A stretch of 64,000 bases of DNA from Cyanidioschyzon merolae (taxonomy: Eukaryota): NCBI GenBank assembly GCA_000091205.1, contig AP006495.2. The stretch is one strand, 5' to 3'. A program made the translations under genes and the position numbers. Numbering within the stretch: the first letter of the stretch is position 1; every line of letters begins with the position of its first letter. Below are positions 1 to 9,318 of this stretch, one piece after another. Under the pieces are notes generated by a model. The model saw only the letters and a program-made list of their open reading frames with translations, was not told the DNA's origin and ran no database searches.

Positions 1-2557
1 ATGGACTCCTCACAACGGCTTCGACACACGCCGCAGCATCCGGGTGCATGCTCATGACCTGATGATGGGCAATCGGCCCTGAATCGTCACCCACAAAGTA
101 GATATGCTCCAGGCGGTCTAGTGTGGTCGCACCGTCAGCCCATGCCGCCGCCAGAAGCGACGACAGTGAAGCGTAGCGAGCTATCGGCCGCGATACGATT
201 TCCTCCGTCTCCGTCGCGGGATCATCCATTACGACCAACTCAAACCTGACGGGTTGCTTGGGCGCTCGCTCTACTCGGTTCAAGTCCGAGGCGGTGACCA
301 GAGGCGGGCTCCGTTTGGTCCCGCTCCATACGTGGGAACGGACAGCTTGTACAGTGGTTCCGGTGGCGAGCCGCTCCAGCGAGTATACCAGCTCGCACGG
401 CGTCCAGGTTCGCGAGCGATGTAAACCGGCCCCGAGACCCGTCGACGCACAGCCGCTGTGCTCAAAAGCAGAGCGTGCCAGTCCGAAAAATGGAAAGTCC
501 AAGTCATGCAGATGAAGATCGTACTTGGGGATCAGGAACGGATCCTGCGTCTGCGTGATACCGCGCAGATAGTGTTCGACCATCCGACGACGTGTCCCCG
601 CTGGATAGACCAAAGCTTGGGTTCCATAGATCCGCGAGTGTTCTAAGAACGCGTACGGCCATCCCAGCCGCGGGTCATGCCATTTCTCCGGTACATAGAG
701 CTGCGCAGCGTAGCTCGTATTCGGCGGGAAGGAGTATCTCCGGTTCGGCGCCTGTGCCAAACTGTCCAGATCGTGCTCAATGGAGCGCAGCGTGTGAAGC
801 ATATTCACCCAGGCGTCGTCGGCAGCTTTGACATCATCCTCTAGTAGGACCAGGTCGCGCTCTGGTGATGCAAAAAGATCAAGTCCTCGTAGAGCAGCAT
901 AGTAGTTCACGGTACCGATTGCGTGCCGGCTTTGCTGAATACGCTCGAGCGGCATTGCCCCCGACGTTTCAAGATGATCCCGAAACGCCTCATCCCATCG
1001 ATGAATGTTGATTCTCGTGGGATTGTGGCGGAACACGCGCAGATACTCGTCATCGGGCGGGTAGTTGCTTGCAAACAAGTGCAGTTTGTCGATGAACTCG
1101 TGTTCCGGAGAGAGGCTCGGCATCCCCGCTGCATCAACAGATAAAGCAGCAGCAGAAGCAGCAGCAGCAGTCGGCATGTACACCGGATCGCGCCAAAAGC
1201 TCAGGATCACGGAAGCCACGGTGGCGTACACGCCTCCACAGGTGACGTTCCGCAGTGGGCACGGAAGCAGTTTCCGTTGCGTCTCGGTATCGAGACAGAG
1301 TTCATGGCTCAGCGCTGTGTAGATGCGTTGCCCGTCCCGGTTCCAGACTTGGTGCTGACCATCCGGATCATCATGCTTCGACTCGCACGGCAGCAGGTCT
1401 ACCGTGCGGTCCGCGAGGCTCGTCACCGAGAGACAGAGCGTTCGGTTCTTTCGTTCAACCTTGGTTTCTACATAGTGTCCGGCAAGCGTCTGATGCTGGG
1501 ATGAAACATTTGATGCCGGTGCTGGGTACCGAATCGTTCGGTCTTTCGGATCCACTGGGGGCATGCGCTCCGGCGGAAAGCGAGTTCGCTGGAGATCCTC
1601 AGGCGTGTACCGTGACAGCGGTACATAGCGCCGCACGGTTACCATGCCAATGGTGGATCGATGACGCTCCCGAAACGCCGGTGAGATAGCGGCCAATACA
1701 TCCAGTCGGGGGGCGTCCAGTGCCAGCAACAGCGCTTTCGTGGAGCGCCCAGTTCTCGACTCGAGCCGCACCGTCTGCGCTCCAAGTGGCCAAGGCAACA
1801 CTTCAGGAACCTCCTTGAACGCACTGGGTAAATTTGCGGATGCGACATTGTTCGACCGCTTGTTGCGCAGGCTCTTGGCTCGCAGGCGATCCAGTCGAAG
1901 GAGCGGTGCTTGCAGTTCCAGACGGATCTGACCGGCAGAGAGGGTTCCTTTTTCCCGTTCATCCCAAACGATGCAGTTCTCCAGGCCTAGCACAAGTTGC
2001 CACGTTTTGGTATCGACGCCAAGGCACTCACCGGATCCGACACGCCGCCAGATGCTTTCCTGTGGGCTCGAGCGCAACGAGTGACGCCACAGCTCCAACG
2101 ACTCGTACTCAGAACTCGTTTCAGCAAGTTCCTCGCTTGTGGTCACTTTTTCCTCGTCAGCAGGACAGACTCGCACGTAAACTGGTTGCGGAGCTGCGTT
2201 CGCTGTAGAAGTGTCCGTTTTCCGTACAGCGAAACAGCCTTGAAAGAGCTCCTGCACCTGCCCACGCTTGTCGTGAAAACGAGCAATCACGACTCCCAAG
2301 GAGCCGGTTGTTGGAAGCACCTCTATAAGGTGACCCGTATGACCCGGCCGCACAAGGTTATTCAGTTTTCCCACGACCCGTAGCTTTTCGGGTTCAGTGG
2401 AACCGGGAGAAGCCCGCAGCGGACCTCGCCCAAGCCACCTGCTCAGTAGCAGAACCAGCACCAGTAAAAACCCGCCAGCAAGTAACCGCTTGCGAATTAT
2501 GCCGCGCTTTTTGCGGCACTGACTAAAGCAGCGACGGGAATGAGAACGCAGGTGCAT
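1..2557 (-). CDS. Hypothetical type-II (signal-anchor) membrane protein, at least 852 aa, 3' end beyond window start; possibly a Golgi-type glycosyltransferase-like protein (family not assignable)
   Basis: I translated the minus strand codon by codon from 2557 to 1. ATG at 2557-2555 follows an in-frame TAG, and there are no stops through to position 1. N-terminus is 'MHLRSHSRRCFSQCRKKRGIIRKRLLAGGFLLVLVLLLSRWLG', a basic stretch followed by a hydrophobic signal anchor. The rest reads as protein-like sequence, e.g. 'IHRWDEAFRDHLETSG', 'LLEDDVKAADDAW', 'PEKWHDPRLGWPYAFLEHSRIYG'. The ORF is absent from the supplied ORF track because it has no stop inside the window. Confidence 0.55.
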   Translation of the reverse strand, partial: MHLRSHSRRCFSQCRKKRGIIRKRLLAGGFLLVLVLLLSRWLGRGPLRASPGSTEPEKLRVVGKLNNLVRPGHTGHLIEVLPTTGSLGVVIARFHDKRGQVQELFQGCFAVRKTDTSTANAAPQPVYVRVCPADEEKVTTSEELAETSSEYESLELWRHSLRSSPQESIWRRVGSGECLGVDTKTWQLVLGLENCIVWDEREKGTLSAGQIRLELQAPLLRLDRLRAKSLRNKRSNNVASANLPSAFKEVPEVLPWPLGAQTVRLESRTGRSTKALLLALDAPRLDVLAAISPAFRERHRSTIGMVTVRRYVPLSRYTPEDLQRTRFPPERMPPVDPKDRTIRYPAPASNVSSQHQTLAGHYVETKVERKNRTLCLSVTSLADRTVDLLPCESKHDDPDGQHQVWNRDGQRIYTALSHELCLDTETQRKLLPCPLRNVTCGGVYATVASVILSFWRDPVYMPTAAAASAAALSVDAAGMPSLSPEHEFIDKLHLFASNYPPDDEYLRVFRHNPTRINIHRWDEAFRDHLETSGAMPLERIQQSRHAIGTVNYYAALRGLDLFASPERDLVLLEDDVKAADDAWVNMLHTLRSIEHDLDSLAQAPNRRYSFPPNTSYAAQLYVPEKWHDPRLGWPYAFLEHSRIYGTQALVYPAGTRRRMVEHYLRGITQTQDPFLIPKYDLHLHDLDFPFFGLARSAFEHSGCASTGLGAGLHRSRTWTPCELVYSLERLATGTTVQAVRSHVWSGTKRSPPLVTASDLNRVERAPKQPVRFELVVMDDPATETEEIVSRPIARYASLSSLLAAAWADGATTLDRLEHIYFVGDDSGPIAHHQVMSMHPDAAACVEAVVRSP

Positions 2558-2713
2558 GTTCTGGTGCTAGAGCAAACCCCAACAGGCATTCTAGGCAAGG
2601 CACAAACAATACATCCAGTTCTGGGAGAGTCCTGCGCTGGCGTGGCGCTACGATCGCCGCCATCAGGACGCGTGTCCAAGCTTTTAAATTTCTCTTCTAC
2701 AGCATGTTCCATC
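2558..2713. promoter_or_regulatory. Putative bidirectional promoter / shared 5' intergenic region between the divergent membrane-protein gene and CAP
   Basis: There are only about 157 bp between the two divergent start codons (2557 on minus, 2714 on plus). Confidence 0.3.
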
Positions 2714-4036
2714 ATGACATCCAGTAGCCTCCAGGAGTGGCTTCAGGAACCCTCTAAACGCCTTCAGATCGAAGCAGACACAAACTGCTGCAAGAGCAAA
2801 CCCGAAGTTGCGCTCTTAAACGATGCTGTTGTGAGTACGTCTGCTCTATTGGAGGCTGTAGGCCGGGGCGGCACCACAGGAAGCGAAACGGTCGGAGCTA
2901 CCAGGGCCAAACTGGAGAAGCGTGTTTACTTCCAGATCGCGCAGTGTGCGAGTCTTGGTCCAGACTCGCCCGTAGCGGTCGTTGCGAAAGCACTGCGTTT
3001 TTACGAGGTCGAGGAGTTGGATGCGCTCTTTCAGCGGTGCCTGCAAGAGCTTGCTCGGTTACCGCTCCGCGAAGGGCGCACTCCCGCATACGTGGCGTGC
3101 GTGCGTGACTGGTTAGAGGCGTTACAGTCGTACGCACAACGTTATCGTGAGGGTGCTTGCTCACGACTAGTACCCGAAGACGTATCGACGCCAAACACGC
3201 AACCGGAAACGGCAACTGAGCAGTCGGGGGAGACGCTGTCGTTTGCGGCACCGACGCCGCCACCGACACCAGCGGCTGATGAAGGACAAAGTTCCAGACT
3301 CTCGCTTGAGAAAATGGCGCCTGGTACAGTTTCGACGACAGCTGCGAACAGGGAAGCGCTTCTTTCCCAGATAGAAGCAGCGGGGGACGCGATCACCACC
3401 GTGTTGCGACCGACGCGTGCAGTACCGGCAAAAGCCCCCGCCGCCACGGAACCTGTTCGCTGTGAGCCAGCTCCGCCCGTCACGACGGTACCCACTCAAC
3501 AGAAGTCACATGAGTCAGGCGAGACACCGCTTCTACTCTTCGAGCGCACCGCAAACCGCTGGCGAATTGAACACTTTCGGGCGCTCTCTGCGGAGCCGCT
3601 GCAGGTGTCGATCTGTCACCCCCGCGAAACCGTCTACGTTTACCGATGCGAAAAACAGAGTATCAAAATTAGAAACAAATGCAATACGCTTATGCTGGAC
3701 GCTTGTCGCGACGTGGTGGTGCTTTTCGAGAGTGTTGTTTCAGCTGTCGAGGTTGTCCGATGCAGCAAGTGCAGACTGCACTTTACCGGCTGCGTACCGT
3801 CCATCTCGATCGACAACTGCGATAGCATCGTATTGTACGGAATGCCGGGCCAAGTCATCACATGCTGCGCAACGGCAGTGACGATCGTCGAGCCAGACGG
3901 TGACACCGAGCGGGAGACGCCGATCCCCCAGCAGTTCATCACCCGTCGGCAGAGTGAGGAGGCGGCTGCGGCTGCTCGTACGGAAACGGCGCACCGGTGG
4001 GTCACGGAGCCGCTCAAACATTCGGGCGCTGAATGA
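2714..4036 (+). CDS. CAP: Adenylyl cyclase-associated protein (CAP/Srv2)
   Basis: The N-terminal helical-domain region 'ALRFYEVEELDALFQRCLQELARL' matches CAP. A central Pro-rich tract 'APTPPPTPAADEG' is present. The C-terminal CARP beta-helix region matches CAP: 'LLLFERTANRWRIEHFRA', 'ETVYVYRCEKQSIKIRNKCNTLMLDACRDVVVLFESVVSAVEVVRCSKCRLHFTGCVPSISIDNC', 'ETPIPQQFITR' (compare human CAP1 'LELEGKKWRVENQEN', '[29 protein letters not shown]', 'EFPVPEQFKT'). I chose Met-59 of the 2540 ORF as the start, because the earlier part would overlap the divergent gene's start. Confidence 0.85.
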   Translation: MTSSSLQEWLQEPSKRLQIEADTNCCKSKPEVALLNDAVVSTSALLEAVGRGGTTGSETVGATRAKLEKRVYFQIAQCASLGPDSPVAVVAKALRFYEVEELDALFQRCLQELARLPLREGRTPAYVACVRDWLEALQSYAQRYREGACSRLVPEDVSTPNTQPETATEQSGETLSFAAPTPPPTPAADEGQSSRLSLEKMAPGTVSTTAANREALLSQIEAAGDAITTVLRPTRAVPAKAPAATEPVRCEPAPPVTTVPTQQKSHESGETPLLLFERTANRWRIEHFRALSAEPLQVSICHPRETVYVYRCEKQSIKIRNKCNTLMLDACRDVVVLFESVVSAVEVVRCSKCRLHFTGCVPSISIDNCDSIVLYGMPGQVITCCATAVTIVEPDGDTERETPIPQQFITRRQSEEAAAAARTETAHRWVTEPLKHSGAE

Positions 4037-5801
4037 AACCACGATCAAAGGGGCCCCACAATCGCCCCAGCCACGTACCTTCTGTCTCCTGTACTCGGAG
4101 GCAGGATACTGGTAAAGTGAGGGCTTTTTTCAGCTTCGAGACGTAAGCTCGACGATGAAAGTTATCAAAGTCGTTCTCTTCGATCGCATCCAGAATTTGA
4201 CGGTACATGTCGAGAGATGCCCGAATCGGCAGTCGCGCGCTTGGGTGCAGCTTCGCGATCCCGCACTCCGCAGTTCGATAATAGGCTCGCACGCGAGCGA
4301 TCTGGAACTTTATCAGTTCCTGATATCGATCGTTGACAACGCTGGCGAAGAGTTCATCTTCCGTATAGCCAAAGTAGCGCATTTCTTCTTGAGGTAAGTA
4401 GACGCGTCCGCGGAGTGCATCCTCTCCGACGTCACGGAGGATATTGGTGAGTTGTAAGGCGATACCAAGCGCGAGGGCTGATTCCACGGCCTCGGCTTCG
4501 CTCTTGCAGTGCTCTGGATCGACACCGAGGATGGGCAGCGCCATGAGTCCTACGGTGCCTGCGACTCGGTAGCAATAGAGGTAAAGCTCGTCAAACGTCT
4601 CGTAGCGGGCGCGATCAACGTCCATAAGCATGCCCTGAATCATGTCTCGGAACGGGTCTATGCGGAGGCCGGGATAGTTCCGCACCGTGTCTGCTAGAGC
4701 GAGATCCAGAGCATCCTGCGGATAGCCGGCCCAAACCTGCTCCAACCGGCTCTCCCATTCGCTGAGCTTCTGTCGCAGACTGGCATCACGCTGTCGCACT
4801 CGAGGTCCATCGACGAGGTCATCTGTTCGCCGACACCATACATACACGGCCCAGATGGCATCTCGTTTGCGTTTCGGGAGAAATAGCGTGCCCAGATAAA
4901 ATGTCTTGGCGAAGATGGATGTGATTCGGCCGCATTCTTTGTACGCCTGCTGTAAAAGTCTTTGTCTTCTTCGGTAGAAAGCCACCTGTCGCTCAAAATG
5001 CGATAGACCGATTACTCCAGTGGTCGTGTCCCAGGGAAACACGCGCTTCGGTGTCGTTTGCGGCAGCGTCAGGAAACTGCCGCCCATCGAGGCGTCATTG
5101 GCCAGGAGCGCGTCGGCCGCGTCTAGCCCCTCGTTAGTCGGTGACGACAAGGGAGGCGTTTCCCACGCGCCTGGCTGCTTCGCGAAAACTTCGTCAACGG
5201 TGTCCTGCGCTCGAGATCCTGCAGGTTCGCTAGTACGAAACGAGCGCACCGCTCGTTCAAGAATCCCGTACGGATGAAGAGCTTCACCAGACCAGGTCTT
5301 GGGCGCGCCCCGCGACGCACCGTTCGCAACTGAGTTGCAGTCGTCCGACTGACTCTGGCCCGCGTTTTCCGCTTTAGATGCGTCTCGACCAGCACTGGAA
5401 CGCCATTCCCCTTTGAGCTGCCTAGGATCACTGGTCTGTCCGGAGGACGGCTTCCAGTCACTGTCTCGCGCCGAACGTGCCTCGAGGTGGGCAGTCCACA
5501 CCCGTCGACAGTACATAGTGTGACGCGCCCTCTGAAGCGCCCTCCGACGTCTGGTCGCCTTTTCCACTCGTTGCGTACAGCACCCTTCTTCGACGGGTGA
5601 CGATGACCTTGAAATATGTGGATCCAGGCATAATTGCCACATCTGCAACGCTTTCCGACACCAGAACGGCTCACAGCAGCGGCGGCAGCAGCAGCGGCGG
5701 CAGCAGCAGCAGCAGCAGTAGCGTACGCTTTGGCGAAGCGCACCGGCGCAATCGGCCGTGCGGCACTGGTGGCGGCGTCTGCTTCGCGCATGTCCCTGCA
5801 C
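4014..5801 (-). CDS. PSY: Phytoene synthase (squalene/phytoene synthase family) with long N-terminal extension; true start codon uncertain
   Basis: Motifs of plant-type PSY are present: 'KTFYLGTLFLPKRKRDAIWAVYVWCRRTDDLVDG', 'YLYCYRVAGTVGLMALPILG', 'LGIALQLTNILRDVGEDALRGRVYLPQEE', 'RAYVSKLKKALTLPV'. About 265 aa lie upstream of the catalytic domain (transit peptide and/or mis-called start). The 3' end overlaps the CAP stop by about 23 nt. Confidence 0.85.
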   Translation of the reverse strand: MQGHARSRRRHQCRTADCAGALRQSVRYCCCCCCRRCCCRRCCEPFWCRKALQMWQLCLDPHISRSSSPVEEGCCTQRVEKATRRRRALQRARHTMYCRRVWTAHLEARSARDSDWKPSSGQTSDPRQLKGEWRSSAGRDASKAENAGQSQSDDCNSVANGASRGAPKTWSGEALHPYGILERAVRSFRTSEPAGSRAQDTVDEVFAKQPGAWETPPLSSPTNEGLDAADALLANDASMGGSFLTLPQTTPKRVFPWDTTTGVIGLSHFERQVAFYRRRQRLLQQAYKECGRITSIFAKTFYLGTLFLPKRKRDAIWAVYVWCRRTDDLVDGPRVRQRDASLRQKLSEWESRLEQVWAGYPQDALDLALADTVRNYPGLRIDPFRDMIQGMLMDVDRARYETFDELYLYCYRVAGTVGLMALPILGVDPEHCKSEAEAVESALALGIALQLTNILRDVGEDALRGRVYLPQEEMRYFGYTEDELFASVVNDRYQELIKFQIARVRAYYRTAECGIAKLHPSARLPIRASLDMYRQILDAIEENDFDNFHRRAYVSKLKKALTLPVSCLRVQETEGTWLGRLWGPFDRGFIQRPNV

Positions 5802-7635
5802 TGTTGACGATGAAAGTGATACACGGAAGTGCTGGCTCTCTTCCTGGGTATCGACGTTTTCCGAAAGTCATTTTAGGTGCAGGTCTCGGATATACAAAGC
5901 GCAGCAATAAGTGGTTGCGGATTCATGCGTGCTTTGGGAGTCTCGGTTGGGGTTTCGGAGCGGTGTTGTTCGCTCATTGCCGATCGAGCTTGGTACATCA
6001 CCGGAATCAAAGTGATTCGCTTAGCAACCAAACGAGGGCTGGTAAAATAATTGGTATCATCATTTTATTTGTACATATGATCATCCACTCTTCTGGTTTC
6101 CGTACGTGTAGCGTGTTCCAATCACGCATTCTTCAGGTTTTCGGTCGTGCTGTTTCAGGGCAACTCGTGGGCGCTGCGATTCGCGCCTGTGGATTGACAA
6201 GGAATGATACGCGATCTTGTTTTCTGAGGAACCGTGCAGAGGCTTCTGCTGAAAGATCACTGAGCTCTTCATGTCATATAGGTATAGAGATTCCACTAAA
6301 GGAAGGATATTCCTCTCCTTGTTTCTATATCGACGACGATACTGGATTCGACACCAGCATAATCCCATTTACGGAATATGCTCCCCGAGACGAGAGTGTC
6401 TTGTGTTTGCGTGCAACTGGTGTTGTATTCTGACTTGAGCCACTGCAGCAATCGCTTTAGTAAAGCATGCGTCACGGATGTGCGCGAAGGGAGCGTAGAC
6501 AGATCGAAATATCTCGACTTGTTCTCCAGCCTGGATTTCGCGTCTGTTATTTGATTCGTCATAGAGAACATCGTATTCCGCAAATCCTCTATCGAATGGG
6601 ACAGCGTGTGCTTGCACGTGCAACGGACGGCGCACTCGCGAAGGGTATCGCCCAGAACAAGCCCCGTGATCGTAGAGTACGGTACCGGGCAAGGAACGAG
6701 AGATGGGCATCGAGGGAAGCCTTCTGTACGCGTCACGGGCACGTAACGAAAGATGAAGCAAGCGTTGACGCGCCTCGGTGCGACGCTCGTTGGAGGTAGC
6801 GGTGTGGCGGCCGTTTAGGAAAGCCAGGCCATATTCAAAACTCACTGCTGCACAGGACGCACCGAAGCTTTGTACAAATAGGATAGTGAAAATGGCAAGT
6901 GCAGTGCAGATCGCTACTACCGCATCTGCATGAATTACGTTGACAACTGCCGAAAGCAACATAAGCGGGACGAAACTGCTGCCATCAACACCCTTCGACT
7001 GTTGGAAACGGAGCTGGACGGGCACGCGAGACCGACGCGTTTGAAGCCAGGGAGAACGGAGTGGAAAAGGAAGCAGTCTCAGCAAATGCGGTCAAAGGCT
7101 GGCGTCGATGGCAATCTGAACAGGGCCAAACTTTGGAGTCCACGCCCGTATCCCATGACATGTTCCATTTTGTTCTGTTATTTGGAGTAGCGTGGGACAG
7201 CGTGACGCGAAGCGTCGTTTGGGAGCTTCCAGGTATTTCGCAACTGCAAATGCGAAGGTAAAGACGTTTAGGTCCCGATCGATGGCGTCCGAGTTCTTGT
7301 CACTGCTGACGAATACGTCTACGAGACCCTGAGGGCAAGCGCGTCCTTCGCGGCTGGGGGCCTTTTTCAGAGGACAGCGCAGTGTTTGCCCCATTGGCTA
7401 CTGGTATGCGGTTTCTTGGTAGTCTCTCTTGCAGGCTTCCAACTAGTAGAGCTACCCCATTGGACCTCCTTTACAGCTTCAGAACTGACAAGCAGGCTGG
7501 AAAAAACATCTAGCCGGTGCGTCGATGATTCAACCGTCGAAACGCAATGCAAAGCTTTGTATGGTACATTGAATCCTGAATAGATTGGAATCACTTTCCT
7601 TTTTCGGTCCAGATATGTAGTGCGACATCCTCCGT

Positions 7636-8742
<1,107 letters not shown>

Positions 8743-9318
8743 CTACGCACTCGCCCCGCGGCGAATGCCGTCCAATCGATGTACGATTTTTTTTCCTGAC
8801 AAAACGTTTACGTGGGCCAGCGTTCTCCAATTGTGCGCATATTTCTTTTCTTTCTTTTTTTGTGCTCTTTTTTCAGTGCGCAGTGAAGTATCCATCAAAC
8901 GCCCTACCTCCATGTTACATTACCTATACTTTTTCTCGGATATTCTGGTCGTTTCATACGTCCAATCGTGTGCGCCTAGTACCTGCCCAAATCATCCGTC
9001 TTTGCGCTTGAACCGCTGGGGCAGATAGTTCATAGAACTAGAACGGTTTTTCTACAGCACAGAGGGCGTCGGCTCGAGGCGTGCTTCACCCGACGTAGAA
9101 TCGGGTCTCGTCGTCAGTTTGTGCTCAGACAGTCTGCGGATGCAGGCTTGCCTTCGCTGCACGACACGCTGGAGAAACTTGGCTGTTCGGATATATCCTG
9201 GGAGCCGCCTCTCTCCTTCGTGACCATGTGTGGGATGCGTTGTTGTCGGTTGGCAACCCGGGTGTAAATCGGCGTACGATGCTGCGGTTGGAAGTACAGT
9301 AGCGGCGGTGAACGCGCC

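Noticed and set aside
5123-5824. 233-aa minus-strand ORF with poly-Ala tract overlapping the PSY upstream region in another frame
   Set aside because: Driven by a (GCN)n microsatellite. No domain signal. It overlaps the PSY reading frame.
6369-7394. 238-aa ORF with one hydrophobic helix, and an adjacent 100-aa ORF with a 'DKNSDAIDRD' EF-hand-like loop
   Set aside because: The loop does not fit the canonical EF-hand spacing (Ile at position 7, no Gly at 6). No family is recognisable for either. May be real small genes but cannot be supported.
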